Assembly (NCBI GenBank): GCA_024277655.1
Contig: JAJRUT010000056.1
Coordinates: forward strand, 3,683-67,682
Length of the DNA stretch: 64,000 nt
Source of the DNA: Deltaproteobacteria bacterium
Lineage (GTDB): Bacteria; Desulfobacterota; Desulfobulbia; Desulfobulbales; SURF-16
Direction: 5' to 3'
Under the pieces are notes generated by a model that was given only the letters and a program-made list of their open reading frames with translations, was not told the origin of the DNA and searched no databases. Below, one piece after another: positions 39,020-48,773 of this stretch (position 1 is its first letter; every line of letters begins with the position of its first letter). The position numbers were made by a program, and so were the translations under genes.

Positions 39020-39148
39020 TTTTTCTTCTGAGAATCGTGTAGGTTTCCTGGCAACTTGATGTTTCTTCTTTGAACCGTAACTTTGGTAGTGGTGGCAAGT
39101 TTCTTTTTGTCGACCTATGGTTCGTGTCTTTTTTTCGTGAGATTAGCT

Positions 39149-40987
39149 ATGTGTGGAATTGTTGGTTACGTTGGTCCCCGTCGGGTTGTCCCCATTGTTC
39201 TTGAAGGGTTGAAGCATCTGGAATACCGGGGGTATGACTCGGCTGGTATTGTCTTTGTTGAAGATGGTGTGCTGCAAAAGCATCGCAGTGAAGGCAAACT
39301 CGCCAATCTGGTTGAAATTATGGATGAGGTGGAGACCCGCTCCCGTATTGGTATGGGACACACCCGCTGGGCTACCCATGGTGCGCCTTCTGAGCGCAAT
39401 GCCCATCCCCATTCTGACTGCACAGGCGAGCTTGTGGTGGTGCATAACGGCATCATTGAAAACTATATTGATCTCCGCACCATGCTCCGGGAAAAGGGTC
39501 ATGTTTTTACCTCTGAAACCGACACCGAGGTATTAGCCCATCTCATTGAAGAGTATCTGGACGGTGACCTGCGTACGGCCGTGACCCGCGCCGTCCAAGA
39601 CGTCGAGGGGGCCTACGCCCTGGGAGTAATGTGGCTGCAGGAGCCTGATAAGATTATTGCTGTGCGTAACCAGTCACCCCTCGTCCTCGGGGTGAAAGAT
39701 GGCGGTGGCTCCTTTATGGCCTCGGATGTTCCGGCCCTTCTACCCTACACCAACAAGGTGATCTATCTTGATGATGGTGATATGGCAGTGCTAAAGGCCG
39801 ACTCCTGTGAGATTTTTTCTTTGGCAGGTGGCGCAGGGCAGGATCGTCCGGTACAGGAGATTTTATGGAATGCCGGTATGGCGCAGAAGTCTGGTTATCG
39901 GCATTTTATGCTCAAGGAGATTTTCGAGCAGCCCCAGGCCATTCTCAACACCTTTCGTGGTCGTCTGGAGGTGTCCACTGGCGAGGTTAATCTGCCTGAG
40001 ATCGGCCTTAGCGATGAGGAACTGCAGTCGGTTAGCCGCATCTTTCTGGTGGCCTGCGGAACCTCGTGGCATGCGGCATTAGTGGCAAAATACTGGATTG
40101 AAAAATGGGTTAGGGTACCGGTCGAGGTGGACATTGCCTCTGAATTTCGTTATCGCACCCTGCTCCTTGATGAATCTGTTATGGTGATCCCCATTTCCCA
40201 GTCGGGGGAAACGGCAGATACCCTAGCTGGGCTACGTCTGGCCAAGGATCTTGGGGCCAAGGTGATCTCCATCTGCAATGTTCTTGGCTCCACCATAACC
40301 CGTGAGTCCCATGGCACCATCTACACCCATGCCGGGCCGGAGATTGGTGTGGCCTCCACCAAGGCCTTCACCAGCCAGCTTACAGCCCTGTTCCTGCTTA
40401 CCATGTATATGGGCCAGGTATGCAAGACCATTGAGCCTGAGGTGAGTCAGAAGCTTGCCCATGGTCTGTTTGAGCTTCCGGCGGTGATTGAAGAGGTGTT
40501 GCCCCGTCTCCACACGGAGCTTGAGGTTTTGGCGGAAGAGTTTGTTGATAGCCGTGATTTTCTCTATCTTGGTCGGGGTATTCATTTCCCCATCGCCCTT
40601 GAGGGGGCGCTTAAATTAAAAGAAATCTCCTACATCCATGCCGAAGGCTACGCCGCCGGAGAACTTAAGCATGGCCCCATTGCCCTGATAGACAAGGATA
40701 TGCCGGTTCTGGCCTTGACTCCGCCCGATGAGGTATACAGCAAGGTCGTGTCCAATGTGCAGGAGGTCAAGGCCCGTCATGGTCGTCTTGTCCTGGTGGG
40801 GGACGAAAATAACAAGGATCTGGCCGAGATTGCCGATGACTGCATCTTTATGCCGCCCGTACATCCTGAGATGCAGCCCATTCTCTATACCATTCCCCTG
40901 CAAATCCTCTCCTACCATATTGCCCATCTGCGTGGTTGTGATGTGGATCAGCCCCGGAATCTGGCAAAATCGGTAACGGTGGAGTAA
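39149..40987 (+). CDS. glmS: Glutamine-fructose-6-phosphate aminotransferase
   Basis: MCGIVG, EYRGYDSAG, HTRWATHG, SQSGETADT, PRNLAKSVTVE. Confidence 0.98.
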   Translation: MCGIVGYVGPRRVVPIVLEGLKHLEYRGYDSAGIVFVEDGVLQKHRSEGKLANLVEIMDEVETRSRIGMGHTRWATHGAPSERNAHPHSDCTGELVVVHNGIIENYIDLRTMLREKGHVFTSETDTEVLAHLIEEYLDGDLRTAVTRAVQDVEGAYALGVMWLQEPDKIIAVRNQSPLVLGVKDGGGSFMASDVPALLPYTNKVIYLDDGDMAVLKADSCEIFSLAGGAGQDRPVQEILWNAGMAQKSGYRHFMLKEIFEQPQAILNTFRGRLEVSTGEVNLPEIGLSDEELQSVSRIFLVACGTSWHAALVAKYWIEKWVRVPVEVDIASEFRYRTLLLDESVMVIPISQSGETADTLAGLRLAKDLGAKVISICNVLGSTITRESHGTIYTHAGPEIGVASTKAFTSQLTALFLLTMYMGQVCKTIEPEVSQKLAHGLFELPAVIEEVLPRLHTELEVLAEEFVDSRDFLYLGRGIHFPIALEGALKLKEISYIHAEGYAAGELKHGPIALIDKDMPVLALTPPDEVYSKVVSNVQEVKARHGRLVLVGDENNKDLAEIADDCIFMPPVHPEMQPILYTIPLQILSYHIAHLRGCDVDQPRNLAKSVTVE

Positions 40988-41163
40988 AAAAGAGTGTGTC
41001 TCCTTTAGTAACCACGGGGCATAGAAAAATCTTCGTGCCTTTTGTACCCCGCAAGGGGGTATTGAAAAGAACGCCTTCGTGGTTTACACTCTATGTCGTA
41101 ATTTTCATAAGCTCTGTTGCTGCCCCTTGTTTTGTAGATCTTTAGTAGAGGATATTTGCCATC

Positions 41164-43098
41164 ATGACCAAAACCATTCAATTTCTCCCAGATAATGTCA
41201 CCGTTGAGGTTTGCGAAGGTGAGAACCTGCTTGCTGCCGCTGCCAATGCCGGGGTATATGTCCCGGCCTACTGCGGTGGTGACGGCGTGTGTGGTAAGTG
41301 TAAGGTGCGGATCACCGAGGGTGACGCCCCATCTGCCGATAGTCACATGCTTAAAAAAGATGAGCTTGCCGACGGTTGGCGCTTGGCCTGTAAGATTGCT
41401 GTTACCTCTGATATGGTGGTGGAGTTACCTCTGGAAAAGGGGCGGGACGGCAAAATTCATAAGCGTAAACCCAAGACAACCCGTTCCATTTCAGCCAGAT
41501 CACTGGAAGCTATCATTGGTAAGTGGGATGTCGATCCGCCGGTTGAAAAGCGCTTTTTGAAACTGCCGCCGCCAACCATGGATGATAATATTTCCGACCT
41601 TGCCAGACTTTTGCGGGGCATCAAGAAAGGTTGTTTTGATTGTAAAGAGCCAACCTACGATCATCCGGAATTGCTTCAGGAATTGTCGGGTTTGCTCCGG
41701 GAGAATGATTGGGAGATTACGGTTATTCTTCTGCGCGGTAAGCGCCAGCGCGAGCCGGATCGGATTATCGCCATTGAGCCTGGTAACACCACCGACAAAC
41801 TCTATGGCCTGGCGGTTGATATTGGCACCACCACGGTGGGCGGTCTCCTGATGGATCTCAACTCCGGTAAGGTTATGGCTGAGGCCTCGGCCTATAATGC
41901 CCAGATTGCCTACGGTGAGGATGTTATTGCCCGGATGATCTATTCCCAGCGTCCCGGCGGTCTTGCGACCTTGCAGCAAAAGGTGGTGTACACCATCAAT
42001 TCTATTATTGAGCAGGTGTGCAAGGAAATGATTATTTCTCCTTCGGACATCTCTTACATTATGGCGGCTGGTAATACCGTGATGAGTCATTTGCTTCTCG
42101 GTATTGATCCGAAATATGTGCGGGAATCACCCTATGTGCCAACCTGTAGTCAGTTTCCTTTAACCAGGGCGGCTGATCTTGGCGTGTATGCCCATCCTTC
42201 TGTCCGCCTCTTTCTCTATCCGGCTGTGGCCAGCTATGTGGGGGGGGATATTGTTGCCGGTGTCCACGCCTGTCAAATGCACAAGTCGGATCAGGTTACC
42301 CTGTTTATTGATATTGGCACCAATGGCGAGATTGTTGTGGGTAATCAGGACTGGATGATATGTTCCGCCTGTTCGGCAGGGCCTGCCTTTGAGGGTGGCG
42401 GGATCAAATTCGGGATGCGGGCCTCGGCTGGTGCCATCGAAAATTTTCACATCAGTCCCGATACCTATGACCCGATGATTGTCACGGTTGAGCGCACCCA
42501 ACCCAGAGGGATTTGTGGTTCCGGCCTTATTTCCATTGTCGCCGAACTGCTTGAAGCCGGGGTTGTGGATCAGCAGGGTAAGTTTAACCGCCGTATTGAG
42601 CATCCCCGTCTGCGTGAATCCGTTGATGGCTATGAATATGTGTTGGTGTGGGAACGTGACACCCAGGTTGGTCAGGATATTGTTATTACCGAGGTGGATA
42701 TTGATAATCTTATCCGGGCCAAAGGAGCCATGTATGCTGGCTATCAAACCCTGCTTGAATCGGTTGGCCTTACCTTTACTGATCTTGATCGGGTGATTCT
42801 GGCCGGGAACTTTGGTGCCTATATTGACCTTGAACGGGCCATCAGTATTGGCCTCTTGCCCGATGTCGATCGGGATAAGTTTTATTATCTTGGTAATGCC
42901 TCCCTTCTTGGGGCGCAGATCAGTCTCGATGATACCAAGCGTTTCCGCGAGCGGGCTGAGGTGAGCGGGCTTATTACCAATATGGAGCTTGCCGAGAATA
43001 GCGAATTTATGAATTATTACATGGCCTCGCTCTTCTTGCCTCACACCGATATGTCTCTCTTTCCCACCGTACAGGAAAAATTACCCATAGGTGATTGA
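41164..43098 (+). CDS. ASKHA-domain 2Fe-2S protein (reductive activator of corrinoid proteins, RACo/AcsV-like)
   Basis: CGGDGVCGKC...RLAC ferredoxin, DIGTT, DIGTNGE, AGPAFEG, GICGSG. Confidence 0.9.
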   Translation: MTKTIQFLPDNVTVEVCEGENLLAAAANAGVYVPAYCGGDGVCGKCKVRITEGDAPSADSHMLKKDELADGWRLACKIAVTSDMVVELPLEKGRDGKIHKRKPKTTRSISARSLEAIIGKWDVDPPVEKRFLKLPPPTMDDNISDLARLLRGIKKGCFDCKEPTYDHPELLQELSGLLRENDWEITVILLRGKRQREPDRIIAIEPGNTTDKLYGLAVDIGTTTVGGLLMDLNSGKVMAEASAYNAQIAYGEDVIARMIYSQRPGGLATLQQKVVYTINSIIEQVCKEMIISPSDISYIMAAGNTVMSHLLLGIDPKYVRESPYVPTCSQFPLTRAADLGVYAHPSVRLFLYPAVASYVGGDIVAGVHACQMHKSDQVTLFIDIGTNGEIVVGNQDWMICSACSAGPAFEGGGIKFGMRASAGAIENFHISPDTYDPMIVTVERTQPRGICGSGLISIVAELLEAGVVDQQGKFNRRIEHPRLRESVDGYEYVLVWERDTQVGQDIVITEVDIDNLIRAKGAMYAGYQTLLESVGLTFTDLDRVILAGNFGAYIDLERAISIGLLPDVDRDKFYYLGNASLLGAQISLDDTKRFRERAEVSGLITNMELAENSEFMNYYMASLFLPHTDMSLFPTVQEKLPIGD

Positions 43099-43724
43099 TG
43101 GATATTCAGCCTGACCTTTCGGTTTATGTGGTGGATGTGGGGGGACGTGGTGATTTGCCGGTTTGTGCCGAGTCTGTTCTCGCCCAGAATGATCCGGTGT
43201 TGCTGGAGGTGTTGCTTCCGAGTGGTCGTGGGCTGGAAGACAGCTTCTGCCACCGGTCTGAAGTACAGTTTGTTAATGCGCCCCACGTCGGGCCTGGGGC
43301 CAATATTTATGAAGTGTGGCAACAGGCACGCGGGCGCTATCTTGCCGTAATATACGCCAATGTTGTGGCTGGGGCCGGATGTTTCCTTGGGATGCTCGAT
43401 TTTTTGGATGAACATCCAGATGTCGGTGCGGCCGCGCCTCGTCTCTTTTCCAGAGATAATGTCTTGCAGGGGAACTGTTTTCGCAGGTCGTTTTTGCCGC
43501 GCAAATCTCCCTTGAAAATGAAGGGTTGGGATGGCTTGTCCTCCATGGAGGTTGATTGGCTGGGGCCAGAACTAGTCTTTGTTAATCGTATAGCCTTTGC
43601 CGAATGTGCGGCCCATGATTTTAGTGGGCCACTCTGGTCAAAGAGGATGTGCAAACAGTTGCGGGGCAATGGGTGGCACCAGTTCTTCGTTCATTACTCC
43701 AGGGGGATAGTCTGCTTGGAGTAA
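43095..43724 (+). CDS. Divergent glycosyltransferase family 2-like protein
   Basis: ARGRYL, FLDEHPDVGAAAPRL and EVDW resemble GT2, but the DxD motif is not evident. Confidence 0.5.
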   Translation: MMDIQPDLSVYVVDVGGRGDLPVCAESVLAQNDPVLLEVLLPSGRGLEDSFCHRSEVQFVNAPHVGPGANIYEVWQQARGRYLAVIYANVVAGAGCFLGMLDFLDEHPDVGAAAPRLFSRDNVLQGNCFRRSFLPRKSPLKMKGWDGLSSMEVDWLGPELVFVNRIAFAECAAHDFSGPLWSKRMCKQLRGNGWHQFFVHYSRGIVCLE

Positions 43725-43950
43725 TGATGGATTTATTGGTTTTGCAGGCGTGATGGCAATAGGTATTTTTTCTGATAGCTCAAGCCCCTGAAAACAACGT
43801 AAAATCAATTTATTGTTATTCTTATTGACAATAAAAGCCTAAAACGCTAATTTCCCAGTCGTTTGACTTTATTATGAGACGGATTTATTTCAGGCGTTGC
43901 CTTGTGTGAATGTCTGCCTAAACAGATTAAAATATATCAGGAGAAGTTGG

Positions 43951-44847
43951 ATGGGACAGGTCGTACTTGCAATTGCTGAAAGCATTAATATTATGGGTAA
44001 TAGAAGTGGCGGAGCCATGAAAAAGCGTATTCCTGGGCCTATTCAGGAAATGGCTGGTGAAGAAACTGCTGCCGGTGCTACCTATCTGGATTTGAATATT
44101 GGCCCGGCCCGTAAGGACGGGACAGAGCTTATGCCATGGATTGTTGATGTGATGGAATCCGTGACTGATACGCCTCTCTGTCTTGATACCACCAATACCG
44201 AAGCTATGACTGCCGGGTTTAAGTCTATAAAAAATCCCCACACCGCCATTATGAACTCCATTTCGGCCCAGCCCGAACGGATGGAGAAGCTGATCCCTGT
44301 GGCGGCTGAGGTTGGCTGTAACGTCATTGCTCTCCTCTGGGGGCCTGATGGTATGCCCCGTGATTCCAACGAGCGCGCCTCCATGTCCGTTGAGCTTCTT
44401 ATGGCCTTGAATGATGCCGGTATCCCCAACGAAAAGATTTTGTTTGATCCAATCGGTACCCCCATGACCCTTGGTTCCGATCAGATCATGGCCGGTCTGG
44501 AGTTTATGGAAATGCTGAAAGATATTGCGCCCGGTGCCGGTTCCACCGTTGGCTTGTCCAACGTCTCAAACGGTGTTGCCGAGCATCTTCGCAAGCATCT
44601 TGATCGCACCTACCTCATCATGCTGATGAAAACAGGTTTGACCACAGCCATCGTTAATTCCTACGATAAGGAACTTATGGCAATCTGTAATGGTGAGCGT
44701 CAGGCCGATGTGGATATGGTTTACGGTATGATGGATGGTAATGATCCTGATCCGTCCACCCTGTCCGGTGTGACCCTTGAGCATTATAAGACCTATAAGG
44801 TGTTGTCCGGTCAGATTCTCTTCAGTGAGTCTTGGCTTGAACTGTAA
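43951..44847 (+). CDS. Methyl-THF:corrinoid Fe-S protein methyltransferase (AcsE-like, pterin-binding)
   Basis: IAESINI, YLDLNIG, PLCLDT, NS, DP and GLSNVSNG motifs. Confidence 0.82.
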   Translation: MGQVVLAIAESINIMGNRSGGAMKKRIPGPIQEMAGEETAAGATYLDLNIGPARKDGTELMPWIVDVMESVTDTPLCLDTTNTEAMTAGFKSIKNPHTAIMNSISAQPERMEKLIPVAAEVGCNVIALLWGPDGMPRDSNERASMSVELLMALNDAGIPNEKILFDPIGTPMTLGSDQIMAGLEFMEMLKDIAPGAGSTVGLSNVSNGVAEHLRKHLDRTYLIMLMKTGLTTAIVNSYDKELMAICNGERQADVDMVYGMMDGNDPDPSTLSGVTLEHYKTYKVLSGQILFSESWLEL

Positions 44848-44871
44848 TTCTTAGGCTCATATTGTTTTTTT

Positions 44872-44902
44872 AAAGGAGCCTTTTTTAAGGGCTCCTTTTT
44901 TT
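44872..44902 (+). terminator. Intrinsic terminator
   Basis: aaaggagcc...ggctcctttttt. Confidence 0.75.
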
Positions 44903-44932
44903 ATTGTTATTTGCCCTGTGGAGGATTAAGAG

Positions 44933-45508
44933 ATGAGCGAGATCCCAAGCCATCACATGATCTATGGGTATTGTGACGATTACATCACCGGTGAGAAATT
45001 GGTGGATACTGATGATGAGCGGTGTCGCCAGGAACTGGCGCGGTTTATGGTGGAGGATAGAGGCTGGTTAAAAGGGGATATTGAGATGCGTCTCCGTATT
45101 GAGACCCTTTTTAATCAGCAGTTTGTTGCCTCAAAGATTACCATGGCCTTAAGTCTGCGTGGCAAACGATGCCTGCTTGTTCGCTATGCACCAGGTTCTA
45201 TCGTGACCCGTGAGCGGCCAACGCTGGCGGCGGCACGGGTGTTGGACGCTGATATGCAGGTGCCTTTGGCTGTGGTCACCAATGGTGTTGATGCCGAGTT
45301 GCTTGAGACTGAGAGTGGCAAGGTGCTTGGCACAGGTATGGCGGTGGTTCCACATCGGGCTGAGGTGGAACAGATGGTTCCTAAGCTTTGTTTTGCGCCG
45401 TATGCCACAAAGCGGCGGGAAGCTGAATTACGAATTTTAAATGTCTTTGATCTTGAGGTTTGTTGTGCAGGGCAACCCTGCGCTCTACCGCAAAGCAAAG
45501 AAGGATAA
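44933..45508 (+). CDS. Stand-alone HsdR N-terminal-like domain protein
   Basis: DYITG...DDERCRQ, GSIVTRER and AVVTNG. No helicase domain. Confidence 0.6.
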   Translation: MSEIPSHHMIYGYCDDYITGEKLVDTDDERCRQELARFMVEDRGWLKGDIEMRLRIETLFNQQFVASKITMALSLRGKRCLLVRYAPGSIVTRERPTLAAARVLDADMQVPLAVVTNGVDAELLETESGKVLGTGMAVVPHRAEVEQMVPKLCFAPYATKRREAELRILNVFDLEVCCAGQPCALPQSKEG

Positions 45509-45604
45509 TATTTCTCTGCGTTTGAATGGGCGTAAAATTTTTTATTTGCAGAGTAACGACAAGAGATCATCCAAGATCAATTATTTTTTGAGGAGCATGA
45601 GACA

Positions 45605-46939
45605 ATGGCTGAATGGACAAAGAAAAGCTGGCAGAAATTTGAAGCTCTGCAACAACCTAAATGGCCTGATGCAGCTGATTACGAGAAGGCTGTGGGTACC
45701 ATAGCCAAGTTGCCGCCTCTGGTTTTTGCCGGTGAAATTCGGGCGATGAAAGAGGAGCTTGCGGCCGCTTCCCGTGGTGAGGCCTTTCTGCTTATGGGTG
45801 GTGACTGTTCCGAGGCTTTTGATAATTGTACTGCTCCTGCCATTCGCGAGACCTTGAAGGTCATTCTGCAAATGGCGGTTGTTCTCAGTTACGCCGGTGG
45901 CAAGCCGGTGGTCAAGGTTGGCCGTATGGCCGGGCAATATGCCAAGCCCCGCTCTGCCGATCTTGAGACCATCGATGGTGTTTCTCTGCCAAGTTATCGC
46001 GGTGATATGGTAAACTCCCCCGGTTTTACTGAGGCCGAGCGTATCCCTGATGCCCAGCGCATGGTGCAGGGGTACCATCTTTCTGCTGCCACCATGAATA
46101 TCCTCCGCGCTTTCACCAAGGGAGGCTACGGTTCCCTTGAGCGGGTACATGCCTGGAATAATGAGTTCGTTAAGGCGTCTCCCATGGGTCGCAACTACGA
46201 GCGGCTGGGGAAATCCATGAATCAGGCCCTTAATTTTATGCGGGTAGTCGGGATTGACACCAATACTCCGCAGTTTAATCAGGCCCAGTTCTACACCTCC
46301 CACGAGGCGCTGCTGATGGGCTACGAAGAGGCGTTGACCCGCCAGGACTCTATCACCAATGAGTGGTATGACTGCTCGGCCCATCTGGTTTGGATCGGTG
46401 ACCGTACCCGTCAGCTTGATGGGGCCCACGTTGAATTTTTAAGCGGGGTAAAAAATCCCATCGGCATGAAGGTCGGGCCAAATCATGATCTTGACGTAAT
46501 TCGCGCCTTGGCGCAAAAGCTAAACCCTGAAAATGAAGCTGGTCGTCTGACCTTCATCACCCGTTTCGGTAAATCAATCGAAGATCATTTGCCCGGTCTT
46601 GTCCGTATGGTGAAGAAAGAGGGTATCAATGTTGTCTGGTGTTGCGATCCCATGCACGGCAATACCTATACCGCCGAGACTGGTCATAAGACCCGTAATT
46701 TCAATGATATACTTGAGGAAATTCAGTGCTTTTTTGAGATTCACTGGGCCGAAGGTTCTATCCCAGGCGGGGTTCATTTTGAAATGACCGGCCAGAATGT
46801 CACCGAATGTACTGGTGGCGGGCGTAATATTGTGGATAAGAATCTGGGCGAAAATTATCAGACCAACTGTGATCCTCGTTTGAATGCTGAGCAGTCTTTG
46901 GAGCTGGCTTTTCAAATTTCCGAGATGATTCGCCAGTAG
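45605..46939 (+). CDS. Class II DAHP synthase
   Basis: GGDCSE, GRMAGQYAKPRS, SHEALL, WIGDRTRQ, DPMHGNT, CDPRLN. Confidence 0.95.
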   Translation: MAEWTKKSWQKFEALQQPKWPDAADYEKAVGTIAKLPPLVFAGEIRAMKEELAAASRGEAFLLMGGDCSEAFDNCTAPAIRETLKVILQMAVVLSYAGGKPVVKVGRMAGQYAKPRSADLETIDGVSLPSYRGDMVNSPGFTEAERIPDAQRMVQGYHLSAATMNILRAFTKGGYGSLERVHAWNNEFVKASPMGRNYERLGKSMNQALNFMRVVGIDTNTPQFNQAQFYTSHEALLMGYEEALTRQDSITNEWYDCSAHLVWIGDRTRQLDGAHVEFLSGVKNPIGMKVGPNHDLDVIRALAQKLNPENEAGRLTFITRFGKSIEDHLPGLVRMVKKEGINVVWCCDPMHGNTYTAETGHKTRNFNDILEEIQCFFEIHWAEGSIPGGVHFEMTGQNVTECTGGGRNIVDKNLGENYQTNCDPRLNAEQSLELAFQISEMIRQ

Positions 46940-46959
46940 CCTTATTAAGGTTGAAGCAC

Positions 46960-47020
46960 AAAAGGTTAAAGGGGTAAGGGGAGAGGTGCTTCTCCTTAAC
47001 CCTGTAACCTTAACCCTTTC
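46960..47020. repeat. Heptamer-like (AGGTTAA/TTAACCC) inverted repeat
   Basis: aaaggttaaaggggtaaggg...ccttaaccctgtaaccttaaccc, the same family as 17914-18054. Confidence 0.55.
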
Positions 47021-47033
47021 TCCTCCCGGATAA

Positions 47034-48740
47034 ATGTCCCCGAAAATAACCCTCCTTATACTCATGCTTGTTGTACTGGCTCTTATCATGAAGGAAAACA
47101 TGACCAAGAGGCCAGATCAGCTCTATGTGACCACCACGGGTCAGGTGGAGATGTGTCTCTCCTGTCACACCACTGAAAGGCTTGATGTCGCCCATGATAC
47201 CAAGGTGCTTGGCTGTTCCACCTGTCATCTGGGGGATGCCCTGGCGATTGATAAAGGCATGGCCCATAAGGGGATTGTTGTTAACCCCGGTGATCTGCGG
47301 GTGGTGGAGAGGACCTGTGGGGTTGAGGGGTGTCATGCGGCGGATGTGAAAAAGGTCAAGAACTCCCTGATGGCAACCAACCGTGGGATTTTGGCGACTT
47401 TACGCTATTACTGGAAGGAGGCTCCCGATCAAAACGGGATGTTTTCGGTGGAGCAACTTTTAGAGAGCGGTGAGACGTCGCTCGCCATTGATTATTATCG
47501 TAAGCTCTGCGGTACCTGTCATCTCTGGAAAAAACGGGGTGATTTGCCCGGTTTCTTTGGTGAGAAAGGTGGAGGGTGTACGGCCTGTCATTATCAGAAG
47601 GATGACGAGGGGCTATCCCCGGCTGAGGCAAAAAAGATCCATCCCAAGATCACCAAAAAAGTCCCCATGAAGAATTGTATCCGCTGTCATAATCGTTCGG
47701 GTCGTATCGGTATTTCCTACACCGGTATCTACGAGTCGGAGAATTATGGTACTCCGTATGAGGATGGTGGGATGAGTTCCAAAGAGTTGCCCGGCAATCG
47801 CTATTATCTGGAGATAACCGAAGACATTCATCATAAGAAGGGCATGACCTGTATTGATTGCCATACCCGGAATGAAATCATGGGTGATGGCACCATGTAC
47901 GCCCATTATGAGGAGCAGGTTGAGATTAAATGTGCGACCTGCCATACCACCGGTGATGTTGGTGTCACTCGCAAGGGTGAAAAATTAAATAATGTAACAC
48001 CTCAGGGCGAGAGCTATGTTCTGAAGAATAAATTAACTGAAAAACTGTACCCGCTCAATCCCCCTAAGTCAGGGGTGTGTGATTTTTCCGGTCATGATCG
48101 TCTGTCCTGTGATTCCTGCCATGCCTCATGGGTGCCACAATGTTATGGTTGCCATGTGAAGTATGATCGCAGTGAAACCGATCTTGATAAGTTGACCATG
48201 GAACAGACGGAAGGGTGGTGGAGTGAGGGACGGTCATATATTCGTTATGAACGCCCCATCCTTGCCGTTTGGGGCAAGAGGGTGGTCATTGTCACCCCTG
48301 GATGTCAGGATATTATTACCCTGCTTGATGAAAATGGTGGCGAGGATAAACAGTTTAGCTCGTTTACCATGGCGGCGATCAGTCCCCATACCACGCAACT
48401 TAAAGGCCGGTCATGCTCGGAGTGTCATACCAACACTAAGGTCATGGGTCTTGGTGAGGGACGGGTGTGGCGTGAGGATGGCACGTGGAAGTTTGCCGGT
48501 ATTGACCAAGGTGTTGAGATTGCGGAGGGTCTCAGCCCTCCCCTTGATGCCTTTGTTGATATCGAGGGGAAACAACTGCAACGGGGTTCAAGGGCTGACT
48601 TACGGCCCTTTAACAAGGATGAACTTGGACGTATTCTGCGGGTTGGCCTGTGTCTAGAGTGTCACTCCGACTACACCGATAAGGCATGGAAGGGCTATAA
48701 GCCTGATACGGTTTGTCCTAAATGGCAGGAAGGGAAGTGA
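47034..48740 (+). CDS. Multiheme c-type cytochrome
   Basis: N-terminal hydrophobic anchor, 11 CxxCH motifs and one CX4CH (CGVEGCH). Confidence 0.9.
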   Translation: MSPKITLLILMLVVLALIMKENMTKRPDQLYVTTTGQVEMCLSCHTTERLDVAHDTKVLGCSTCHLGDALAIDKGMAHKGIVVNPGDLRVVERTCGVEGCHAADVKKVKNSLMATNRGILATLRYYWKEAPDQNGMFSVEQLLESGETSLAIDYYRKLCGTCHLWKKRGDLPGFFGEKGGGCTACHYQKDDEGLSPAEAKKIHPKITKKVPMKNCIRCHNRSGRIGISYTGIYESENYGTPYEDGGMSSKELPGNRYYLEITEDIHHKKGMTCIDCHTRNEIMGDGTMYAHYEEQVEIKCATCHTTGDVGVTRKGEKLNNVTPQGESYVLKNKLTEKLYPLNPPKSGVCDFSGHDRLSCDSCHASWVPQCYGCHVKYDRSETDLDKLTMEQTEGWWSEGRSYIRYERPILAVWGKRVVIVTPGCQDIITLLDENGGEDKQFSSFTMAAISPHTTQLKGRSCSECHTNTKVMGLGEGRVWREDGTWKFAGIDQGVEIAEGLSPPLDAFVDIEGKQLQRGSRADLRPFNKDELGRILRVGLCLECHSDYTDKAWKGYKPDTVCPKWQEGK

Positions 48741-48773
48741 ACGTCCAACGTTCAATAAGAAAAGGTTATATCG

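Noticed and set aside
38780..39148. glmS ribozyme upstream of glmS
   Set aside because: I could not see the conserved core, and the region is better explained by an inverted-repeat element.
44933..45508. Type I restriction-modification or defence locus
   Set aside because: Only a lone N-terminal-like domain, with no hsdM, hsdS or helicase nearby.
42160..46429. Long antisense ORFs (294 aa, 282 aa and similar across the window)
   Set aside because: They are shadows of well-supported genes on the opposite strand and have no motifs of their own.
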